Shown one piece after another: positions 51,787 to 59,323 of a DNA stretch of 64,000 bases. The stretch's first letter is position 1. Every line of letters begins with the position of its first letter. Position numbers and translations under genes: made by a program. This DNA comes from Candidatus Fermentibacteraceae bacterium (GTDB lineage Bacteria > Fermentibacterota > Fermentibacteria > Fermentibacterales > JCC-6), in the NCBI GenBank assembly GCA_041750285.1, contig JBGSZS010000019.1, positions 128,001-192,000 on the forward strand, given 5' to 3'. Under the pieces are notes generated by a model. That model was not told where the DNA came from, did no database searches, and saw only the letters and a program-made list of their open reading frames with translations.

Positions 51787-53550
51787 ATGAACGGATCATC
51801 CTACCCGGGTGGGCCTCTTCGGGACATCCACAGATTCGACACCATCCCCGCAATGCTCGACGCTTCTGCAGAGAAGTGGGGTGAGGGGGTGTTCATGCGC
51901 GAGACCACTCCGGACGGGAGAACGGTGGAGGTCTCGTTCAGGCGCATCCGTGAGATGTCCGAAGCTTTCGCCCGGGGACTTCTGGAACTGGGCGGGAAAC
52001 CTGTCGTTGCCGTCACGGGAAGGAACGGGATAAGCTGGGCCGTTGCATTCCTGGGGACCATGAAGGCGGGGGGCGTGATCGTTCCCATAGACAAAGAGCT
52101 TTCTCCGGCAGACATCAGTGCCATCATCCATTACTCGGGTGCCGGGGTCTTCGTTTTCGACGGAGTGTTCCAGGAAGCTGTGCAGGGCCTTGTAAGCGCC
52201 GGCAAAGCGCACTGCGGCAGTCACTTCGTGATGAACTGCAGTGAGAAGCCGCTTTTCACGACCATCGAGCAGCTCATGAAAAGGGGCTCTGCAGCGTCCG
52301 CACCCCTTCCCGCACACACTGACCGCAACGCTGTTGCCGTCATCTCGTACACATCGGGAACCATGGGCGCCGCCAAGGGGGTCGTTCTCTCCCACGGCAA
52401 CATCCTTAGCGACATTCAGATGATGCTATCCTCGGCGTACATCGAAAACGACGAGGTGTTCCTGTCCGTGCTTCCGTTCCACCACATGTACGAGTGCGTC
52501 TGCGGTTTTCTCTGCCCCCTGCAGCATGGCTGCACTGTTGTGATATCCCGGGGGCTCAGGTACATACTGGAAGATATCTCCGGGAACGGCATTACCCTCA
52601 TGCTCGGGGTTCCTCTTCTTTGGGAGGGTATGTACAGGAGGATCATCGGCCAGATCAGGGGCATGAAGGGAGGTTCCCTGAAGTTCGCCCTTGGAAAGGC
52701 TTTGTGCAGCGCGGGTGAGCTCCTCGGGAACCGGGGGATAAGGAAAAAGGTCTTTGCCCGTGTTCACGACCGGTTCGGGGGCAGGCTGCGGACACTGGTT
52801 TCGGGTGGCGCTGCGCTTGATGCCCAGGTCATGGGCGGGTTCGCCGATCTTGGGATAAGGATGCTGCAGGGTTACGGGCTCACCGAGTGTTCGCCCATCG
52901 TCGCGGTCTGCCGGTACGACGTGCGTGAGCCGGGAACCGTCGGACCGCCCCTACCCGACGTGGAAGTGAGGATAGACGACCCCGATCCGGAGGGCGCCGG
53001 GGAGATACTGGTCCGCGGCCCCAACGTGATGATCGGCTATCACAACGATCCGGCGGCCACCTCACGGGTCCTCTCCCCAGACGGCTGGTTCAGGACCGGG
53101 GACTTCGGGATCCTCCGCAACGGGATTCTTCGGGTTACGGGAAGGAAGAAGAACGTCATCGTTGCGAAGAACGGCAAGAACGTCTACCCCGAGGAACTCG
53201 AGCATGTTCTGAACCGCTGCGGGTACATCTCCGAAAGCCTTGTCTTCGGCAGGCAGTCCGAGACCAAGGGCGAGGAGATCTGGACCATCATCTTCCCGGA
53301 CTACGAGGCCCTGATCAACCTGGCAGAAAGCCGGGGTGCGAAGCTGACCGAGGAGTTCGGTCTGGGTGTGATCAGGGGCGAGATCGCCAGGGTCAACTCC
53401 CAGAACCCCTCCTACAAGAGGATATCCCACTTCATCCTCAGGGAGGGTGAGTTCCCGAAGACCACGACCAAGAAGATCAAAAGGCAGCAGGTGCTTCGTG
53501 AGGCAGGGCAAAGCACGGAGAGGGTTTTCGGGGTGACCGGCGGCGAGTAA
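51787..53550 (+). CDS. fadD: Long-chain-fatty-acid--CoA ligase
   Basis: YTSGTMGAAKG, LPFHHMYE, QGYGLTE, WFRTGD, GRKKNVIV..NGKNVYPEE, KIKR. Confidence 0.88.
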   Translation: MNGSSYPGGPLRDIHRFDTIPAMLDASAEKWGEGVFMRETTPDGRTVEVSFRRIREMSEAFARGLLELGGKPVVAVTGRNGISWAVAFLGTMKAGGVIVPIDKELSPADISAIIHYSGAGVFVFDGVFQEAVQGLVSAGKAHCGSHFVMNCSEKPLFTTIEQLMKRGSAASAPLPAHTDRNAVAVISYTSGTMGAAKGVVLSHGNILSDIQMMLSSAYIENDEVFLSVLPFHHMYECVCGFLCPLQHGCTVVISRGLRYILEDISGNGITLMLGVPLLWEGMYRRIIGQIRGMKGGSLKFALGKALCSAGELLGNRGIRKKVFARVHDRFGGRLRTLVSGGAALDAQVMGGFADLGIRMLQGYGLTECSPIVAVCRYDVREPGTVGPPLPDVEVRIDDPDPEGAGEILVRGPNVMIGYHNDPAATSRVLSPDGWFRTGDFGILRNGILRVTGRKKNVIVAKNGKNVYPEELEHVLNRCGYISESLVFGRQSETKGEEIWTIIFPDYEALINLAESRGAKLTEEFGLGVIRGEIARVNSQNPSYKRISHFILREGEFPKTTTKKIKRQQVLREAGQSTERVFGVTGGE

Positions 53551-53583
53551 CGCCGCCAGAAGATGTGGAACGGGGATCGGACC

Positions 53584-54165
53584 ATGACAGGAAGGCCTCG
53601 CAGAGCGATCGTAAGGCCCTGGAACATGCTTCTGATCGTTGGAATGCTGATTCTGGCCGTTCTGGCAGGCAGGATCGACGACAGAATTCCCGCGATTCCG
53701 CCCGGAATGGCATCGCACCTTGTACTGATGGCGGGAACCATTACCCTTGCAGTATTGGTGAAGGAGTGTCTGTCCTGCCTGAGGATGAGGAAGTGGCCCG
53801 TAGCCGGAGGCGTGGTGACCCGGTCCGAGATCGTCAGGATCGACGACGGAGAGAGCATCACCTACAGGCCTCTGGTGCAGTGCTCATATCAGGTGGACGG
53901 AACAGGGCACCTTACTGAGGCGCTTCATCCGGGTTACGAAAACCATTCCTCATCGTTCGAATCACGCTGGCGGAAACTCGTTGAAAGCCATCCGGTGGGC
54001 AGCGAGATAACGGTCACGTACAATCCACGGAACCACTCCGAAGCCTATCTTCGCAAAACCAGCACTGTCACCGCCGTCGTGGCGCTTTTCTTCACCCTTG
54101 CGCTTCTGGCCATTTATCTGCTTCTCTATTCGACCCACAATGCCTTTATCGCCCCGAAGCTGTAG
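53584..54165 (+). CDS. DUF3592 membrane protein
   Basis: TM helices, WP...G.V..S, Y.P.V...Y.VDG, G..I.V.YNP....AYL; start could be 53563. Confidence 0.72.
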   Translation: MTGRPRRAIVRPWNMLLIVGMLILAVLAGRIDDRIPAIPPGMASHLVLMAGTITLAVLVKECLSCLRMRKWPVAGGVVTRSEIVRIDDGESITYRPLVQCSYQVDGTGHLTEALHPGYENHSSSFESRWRKLVESHPVGSEITVTYNPRNHSEAYLRKTSTVTAVVALFFTLALLAIYLLLYSTHNAFIAPKL

Positions 54166-54746
54166 GGAGTGAGGGCGAGTGGACCGTCGAACATAAGCTC
54201 CGACATGTTCTGGCCAAGGACGCCTGTGGGGGCGTAGATGTCCGAGTCGTTCTCCAGGGCCCTGTTGGCGCCGGTGTTCCACTTGTAGGTGAAAAACATG
54301 TTGGAGCCCCCCGACCAGATCAGCTCGACGATCAGGTTGTCGGTTCCGTTGTACCAGAACGGTGTGTCGAGGGCGATCGTCATCCACTGGTCGGGTGCGG
54401 CGGACATGGTTTGGGTCGGGGTTTCATAGACCAGGGTTCTGGTGCCGGGAACGTAGTTGTCCAGGAAGTTGTCCGAAAGCTGATCCGAAGACGCCAGCCC
54501 CATGTAGAGCTGGAAGTTGTTGTAGTACCCCGTCTCGGAGCCCGACGAGCCGCCCCGCTGCCAGGCTATCGAGCCTATTGTCATCGCGCCTGTCATCTCG
54601 GAAGAGAGCGCCATCACCTGATAGCGCATCATGCTTCCTCAAGACGCGCAGAAAGGGTCCATACTGGCGACATCGGGTGATCCGACAACTACCGAGGCCC
54701 ATCCCAGGCCCGCACAGAGCAACAGTGTTCCCGCTAGTGTTTTCAT
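54126..54746 (-). CDS. Candidate secreted selenoprotein (CxxU) with C-terminal SFGxIK tail
   Basis: AAAGGAGG RBS + ATG 54746; MKTLAGTLLLCAGLGWA signal; ...DPFCAS-TGA(54641-54639)-GSMMRYQ... continues in frame into the 54126..54632 ORF; SECIS-like hairpin follows the TGA. Confidence 0.78.
54600..54638 (-). promoter_or_regulatory. Putative bacterial SECIS element
   Basis: After UGA: GGAAG-CAUGAU-GCGCUAUC-AGGU-GAUGGCGC-UCU-CUUCC; 11-nt spacer, 8-bp upper stem, AGGU loop, 5-bp lower stem. Confidence 0.75.
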
Positions 54747-54861
54747 GGGAACCTCCTTTCGGATATATCATACTAGATAGGTAGGAATTGTCCAGGACAA
54801 ATGGCATTCCAACCCGGGAGTCGTTAGTGTAACAATGGTTCCAGAAACCGGAGGGTCGATC

Positions 54862-55962
54862 ATGAAAGGTAAGCTTTTTGGAGTGATGCTCATTTCTGTT
54901 TCCACCCTTCAGGCCCTTCAGGCCTTTTCATTCCCCGCCCCGGACGCGGGGAGAAGAATCCTGCCTTCCGCCGTCTGCTTCCTTCTGGACGGACAGGTCC
55001 ACAGACTCGCCCGGAACGGTGAAACACTTGTCCGGGTGACAGAGGAGGTCTTTCCGGTCGAGTCCTTCGATGTCTCTTCCGCCAATGGCGACATCGTTTT
55101 CGTGGCCGGGAACTCACTTGTGCTTCTGGAGGCTGACGGTGAGCGAAGGGTGCTTGTCGAGGGTGAGCCCCTGCCTCCCGCCGGGAGCGGTGTTGCACCC
55201 TTCAACGATGCCGCGCGCATTTCCGGCAGGATCACCTCCCCCAGATGGTCTCCCGACGGGTCCACGATCGCGTTCGTCCAGAACGGCCTCATGTCGGTCG
55301 ATCCCGTTGACGGCGCGGTCACCGTGCTGCACCCCAACGGAGACCCCTTTGCGGCGGGCGAATGCCGCGTGATAAGCAGTGTCGATTCGTGGTCCCCGGA
55401 CGGTACGCTGATACTCGTCACCTGCTACGATTACCCGCTGGAAAGCGTTTACGGCGTGTCCACCGCACTCAAGGCGATTGACGGGAACCTTTCCGTGCTG
55501 CAGGAGGGCCTGGGGAACCCCGCCTGGAGCTCCGACGGGCAGTCACTTTTCATCGGTTTTCCAACGGTTGGCGGACAGCAGTCGTTCTGCCGCCTTGAAG
55601 CCCCGGAGTGGCGCTGCACGTTGATAGGCGAGGAGGTTCCGGCACGGTCCTACTTCTTCTACGGATACCCCGGAGTTGCAGAGGACGGAAGCGTTTTCGT
55701 ATTCATCGCAGGGGGTGCGGACCCCATGACCACCGACGGGATCTTTTCCCTTTACAGGGTCGATTCCAGCGGAGAGGGCGCAAACATAGCAAGGCTGGAC
55801 AGCTACACGCTTCGTGAAGCTCTCTGGGCCGGCAACGCTTCCGGAGTCCTGCTCGTAAGGGGCGATGGCGGGCTGGTCTGGGTTCCCGCGAACGAAGGCG
55901 CCGCAAGCCTGCTCCCTGTGAACGGCGCCTCGGCTCTCAGGTGGGATCCCATGGGCAGGTAG
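54862..55962 (+). CDS. Secreted TolB/PD40-like beta-propeller protein
   Basis: GGAGGG RBS, signal peptide, repeated PRWSPDG/WSPDG/PAWSSDG. Confidence 0.75.
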   Translation: MKGKLFGVMLISVSTLQALQAFSFPAPDAGRRILPSAVCFLLDGQVHRLARNGETLVRVTEEVFPVESFDVSSANGDIVFVAGNSLVLLEADGERRVLVEGEPLPPAGSGVAPFNDAARISGRITSPRWSPDGSTIAFVQNGLMSVDPVDGAVTVLHPNGDPFAAGECRVISSVDSWSPDGTLILVTCYDYPLESVYGVSTALKAIDGNLSVLQEGLGNPAWSSDGQSLFIGFPTVGGQQSFCRLEAPEWRCTLIGEEVPARSYFFYGYPGVAEDGSVFVFIAGGADPMTTDGIFSLYRVDSSGEGANIARLDSYTLREALWAGNASGVLLVRGDGGLVWVPANEGAASLLPVNGASALRWDPMGR

Positions 55963-56026
55963 CAGCGCCCGCCCGCTGCAGCTCCTCCACTGGACAGCGC
56001 CGGTGCATCCTGTTAGAAAAACTTGC

Positions 56027-59000
56027 ATGGATACCACTCCAACTGACCCCACGGGAATCGATCCCCTGACCGGGCTTCGGAACCGGTCACATCTCGATCT
56101 GCTCGAAACCTCCTTTGGCTCACGCATTGCAGTCTGGTCACTGATCATCCTTGATGTCGATCATTTCAAACTGATCAACGACATCTACGGCCATCTCACC
56201 GGAGACGATGTGCTCAGGCAGGTCGCCCGCACCATTCAGGTGAGCCTGAAGGCCTCCGATGTGCCCGTCAGGTTCGGTGGTGACGAGTTCATCATCGTGC
56301 TTCCCGACACCACAGGCGAGGGAGCGATGAATCTTGCGGAACGACTGATGAACGATGTCGGACGTCTGGGGAATCATTCCGGGCTGCGGGTCAGCCTCTC
56401 GATGGGAATCAGCCAGAGCCGGGATTCGGACGCCACGATCGCCGACATGATCGAAAGGGCCGACAAAGCCCTCTACCAGGCCAAGGAGAAGGGGCGGGGG
56501 CGCTTCTTCCTTTTCTCCGAGGGCTTGAAGCGGGACGGGCTGTCCGACATCAGCTTCTCCCACATGGTGGGAAGACGTCCCGAGCTGTCCAAGCTCAGAC
56601 AACTCCTCGACGAGTCGGTCGCCGATTCCGCAAGGCTGGCCCTGGTGACAGGGGAGGCGGGAGTGGGCAAGAACAGGCTTCTCGATGAGCTCCTTCACTA
56701 CTGCCGTTTCAGGAAAGTGACTGTCGAGCGCAGCATGGCTTTCGAGCACGTACGCCACCAGCCCTACGAACTCGTTGTACAGCCCCTGCAGAGCACGCTT
56801 GCGCAGCTCGACGAGGCCGCCCTCCTGCGGGTGCGCCAGGCCGTGGAGCCCGTTCATCCGGCAACGCTTGAACTCTTCCCTGGTATCGAAGCTTCAGTGA
56901 TGGACGACACCCTCTACTTTCGTGACGAGAGGCTCAGGTTCAGGATTTTCCGCGATGTCGCGGCCCTCTATGCGGCTGTTTCTGCCATCAGTCCGATGGC
57001 CGTAATCCTTGACAACATGCAGTGGGCGCCCGAGCCCGACCTCGACATGCTTTCCTACGTGATCAGGAACACTTCGTCCTCGCACCTTCTTTTCGTCTGT
57101 CTTCTCCGCAGGAACGATGACGAGCCGGGGGTCTTTCAGAAGCTGCTCTCCCTGCGCTCATCGATACCCGTTCTTCACATCGAGCTTGGGCATCTCACGG
57201 CTCAGGAATCACGGAACATGATCCTTTTTGCACTGAAGGATCCCAATGTTCCCGATGCCCTTCAGGAGTTCCTCATACGCCAGAGCGGAGGAAATCCGCT
57301 TTTTCTGAGGGAGCTTGTGCTGTCACTGGTAAGCTCCGGCACCATAGTCACCACCCCCTCCGGAGAGAAGGCGTACAACTTTCCGCACAAGCTTGAGATC
57401 CCCGAGAGCATGGGACAGATCATCTCCTCCAGGCTTGCGCAGGTCGATGAACAAACCAGAAACGTTCTGCGCATTGCCTCCCTGTCCCCCGAGAATCTCA
57501 CACTCGGTCTTCTCGAGAGCGTGGTGGGCGGTGATCCCACAGGGCTGGCGGAGAAGCTTGACACATCTGTGAAGCTTGGGCTTCTTGCCGAAACCATGGA
57601 ACCCGGCGGCGAGGTGGGTTTCAGCTTTGCCCACGGCGCCGTGCAGGAGTTTCTGCGCCGTGAGCTGTCCGAATCACTGAAGCAGACCCATCACCAGCGG
57701 ATAGCCCGGTATCTCGAAGGACTTCACCTTTCAGGTCGTGATGATCTTCTGAGCACCGTTGCATACCATTTCACGCGGAGCCGCGATGCCGCAAAAGGCG
57801 CCGAATACTCACTGAAAGCCGCGGAGAGGGCTTGCTCCATGGGCGCGAACCGTCACGCCATCTCCTGGTTCCTCGACTTTCTGGAAAGGGCGGGAAGGGC
57901 CGGCGCAGACAGAAAAGCCCTTTTCCTTGCCAATCTCAAACTCGGGATGCTTTTCGTGATAACCTCCGAGGCTGGGAAGGCCGACACATATCTTAAGAAA
58001 GCCCTTGAACTCGCAGATGGCGCGGAAGAACTGGCCGCGGTTGAGTTCGGGCAGGGCAGGAGCTGTCATCAGAGAAGCAGATTCCCCGAGGCGATGGACC
58101 ACTTCGTGAGAACAGTGACCCTTTGCGACGAGTGCACGGACAGTGATCCACTGGTAACGGGAACATCCGTGGATGCGAGGCTTGCGATCTCGTTCATATG
58201 CAGGCTGCGGGGCGAGTACGAAAGGGCGTTTCAATGGCTCGACAGCGCGCTCGACCTGCTTGTCAAGCTGGGCCGGGATGTCCGGCAGGACCTCTGGGCG
58301 CTTTACCACATCAGAAGGGCCGACGTCCTGTCCGAGCGGGGCGAGGGGGAGGAGGCGCTCAGGCTTTACGACATTGCCCTCGACCTTTGCGCCAGGATCG
58401 GTGACCTCACCGGGGAATCCATGGTGCTGAACAACATGCACGGAAGCTACTCGAGTACCGGTGACTACGAAAGGGCGATGCACACACTGGAAAGGGTGGT
58501 TGACCTGACGCGAAGGCTGGATGACCGCCTGGGGCTGGCAATTGCCTACTACAACATAGCCGAGCACTTTCTTGAGCTCAACGGGCTAGCCTCTGCGAGG
58601 GTGTACTACGGCAAGTACATGGAACTCAGCCGCGAGATCGGCAACCTGCTGGGTCTCGGTTTCGGGCACTTCGGGCTGGGTTTCCTCAACCAGATCGAAG
58701 GAAACGCCGCCGGGGCAGAAGCCTGTTACAAGAGGGCACTCGAGGTCTTTGAAGAGCTTGAGTGCGCCGAACCGATGGCCGGCTGCAGGCTTCGGCTTGC
58801 GGCCGTGCTTGTTCAGTCGGGCAATCTTGAAGGGGCACGGAAGCAGCTCGAAAAACTACAGGGGCATCAGCACCCTCCCTCCACCGAGTCCGAGATCCTC
58901 CATGTAAAGGGCATGCTGATGATGAGCGAGCCCGATGCCGGCCCCGAAAGGCTGAAAGAGGCGGCACGTTTCATCCGAGACTCGGTGAGCGGCCTCGAAC

Positions 59001-59257
59001 AGGGTCATAACGCTCCCGAAGCAGCTCAAAGGTACACAACCCTGGCCCGGGCGCTGACCCTTTGCGGCGATGGGGGGAAAGCAAGGGAAGCACTGCTGGA
59101 AGGATGCGACCGGATCGCCGGCGAACTCGCACAGGTGAGGTCGGCCGCCGCTCGCAACAGCATAATGGGCCGCGCTGAGATCAAGGCTTTCCTCGGTCTG
59201 CTTGCGCGGGAAGGGCTGGATTTTCCCCCGCCGGGCAGAGAGTTCCCCCCGGACTGA
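56027..59257 (+). CDS. Diguanylate cyclase fused to STAND/AAA ATPase and TPR array
   Basis: DPLTGLRN, LDVDHFKLINDIYGH, RFGGDEF; VGR..EL, GEAGVGK, LDNMQW, SGGNPLFL, F.H; C-terminal TPRs. Confidence 0.85.
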   Translation: MDTTPTDPTGIDPLTGLRNRSHLDLLETSFGSRIAVWSLIILDVDHFKLINDIYGHLTGDDVLRQVARTIQVSLKASDVPVRFGGDEFIIVLPDTTGEGAMNLAERLMNDVGRLGNHSGLRVSLSMGISQSRDSDATIADMIERADKALYQAKEKGRGRFFLFSEGLKRDGLSDISFSHMVGRRPELSKLRQLLDESVADSARLALVTGEAGVGKNRLLDELLHYCRFRKVTVERSMAFEHVRHQPYELVVQPLQSTLAQLDEAALLRVRQAVEPVHPATLELFPGIEASVMDDTLYFRDERLRFRIFRDVAALYAAVSAISPMAVILDNMQWAPEPDLDMLSYVIRNTSSSHLLFVCLLRRNDDEPGVFQKLLSLRSSIPVLHIELGHLTAQESRNMILFALKDPNVPDALQEFLIRQSGGNPLFLRELVLSLVSSGTIVTTPSGEKAYNFPHKLEIPESMGQIISSRLAQVDEQTRNVLRIASLSPENLTLGLLESVVGGDPTGLAEKLDTSVKLGLLAETMEPGGEVGFSFAHGAVQEFLRRELSESLKQTHHQRIARYLEGLHLSGRDDLLSTVAYHFTRSRDAAKGAEYSLKAAERACSMGANRHAISWFLDFLERAGRAGADRKALFLANLKLGMLFVITSEAGKADTYLKKALELADGAEELAAVEFGQGRSCHQRSRFPEAMDHFVRTVTLCDECTDSDPLVTGTSVDARLAISFICRLRGEYERAFQWLDSALDLLVKLGRDVRQDLWALYHIRRADVLSERGEGEEALRLYDIALDLCARIGDLTGESMVLNNMHGSYSSTGDYERAMHTLERVVDLTRRLDDRLGLAIAYYNIAEHFLELNGLASARVYYGKYMELSREIGNLLGLGFGHFGLGFLNQIEGNAAGAEACYKRALEVFEELECAEPMAGCRLRLAAVLVQSGNLEGARKQLEKLQGHQHPPSTESEILHVKGMLMMSEPDAGPERLKEAARFIRDSVSGLEQGHNAPEAAQRYTTLARALTLCGDGGKAREALLEGCDRIAGELAQVRSAAARNSIMGRAEIKAFLGLLAREGLDFPPPGREFPPD

Positions 59258-59270
59258 TCGCACAGGTCAC

Positions 59271-59310
59271 AAAGAAAGAAACGGCAGCCCCCCCGAAGGA
59301 AGGCTGCCGT
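59271..59310 (-). terminator. Rho-independent terminator of the AOR operon
   Basis: ACGGCAGCC...GGCTGCCGT inverted repeat (59281-59310) followed on the minus strand by TTCTTTCTTT. Confidence 0.75.
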
Positions 59311-59323
59311 CGATAAGGCCCCG

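Noticed and set aside
54639..54641. Genome-wide TGA reassignment (code 4/25) as the explanation of the in-frame TGA
   Set aside because: Many full-length genes here end in TGA with ATGA/TGATG coupling (pckA, mtnP, cobB, both C25 genes, gpsA), so TGA is normally a stop. Recoding would have to be site-specific.
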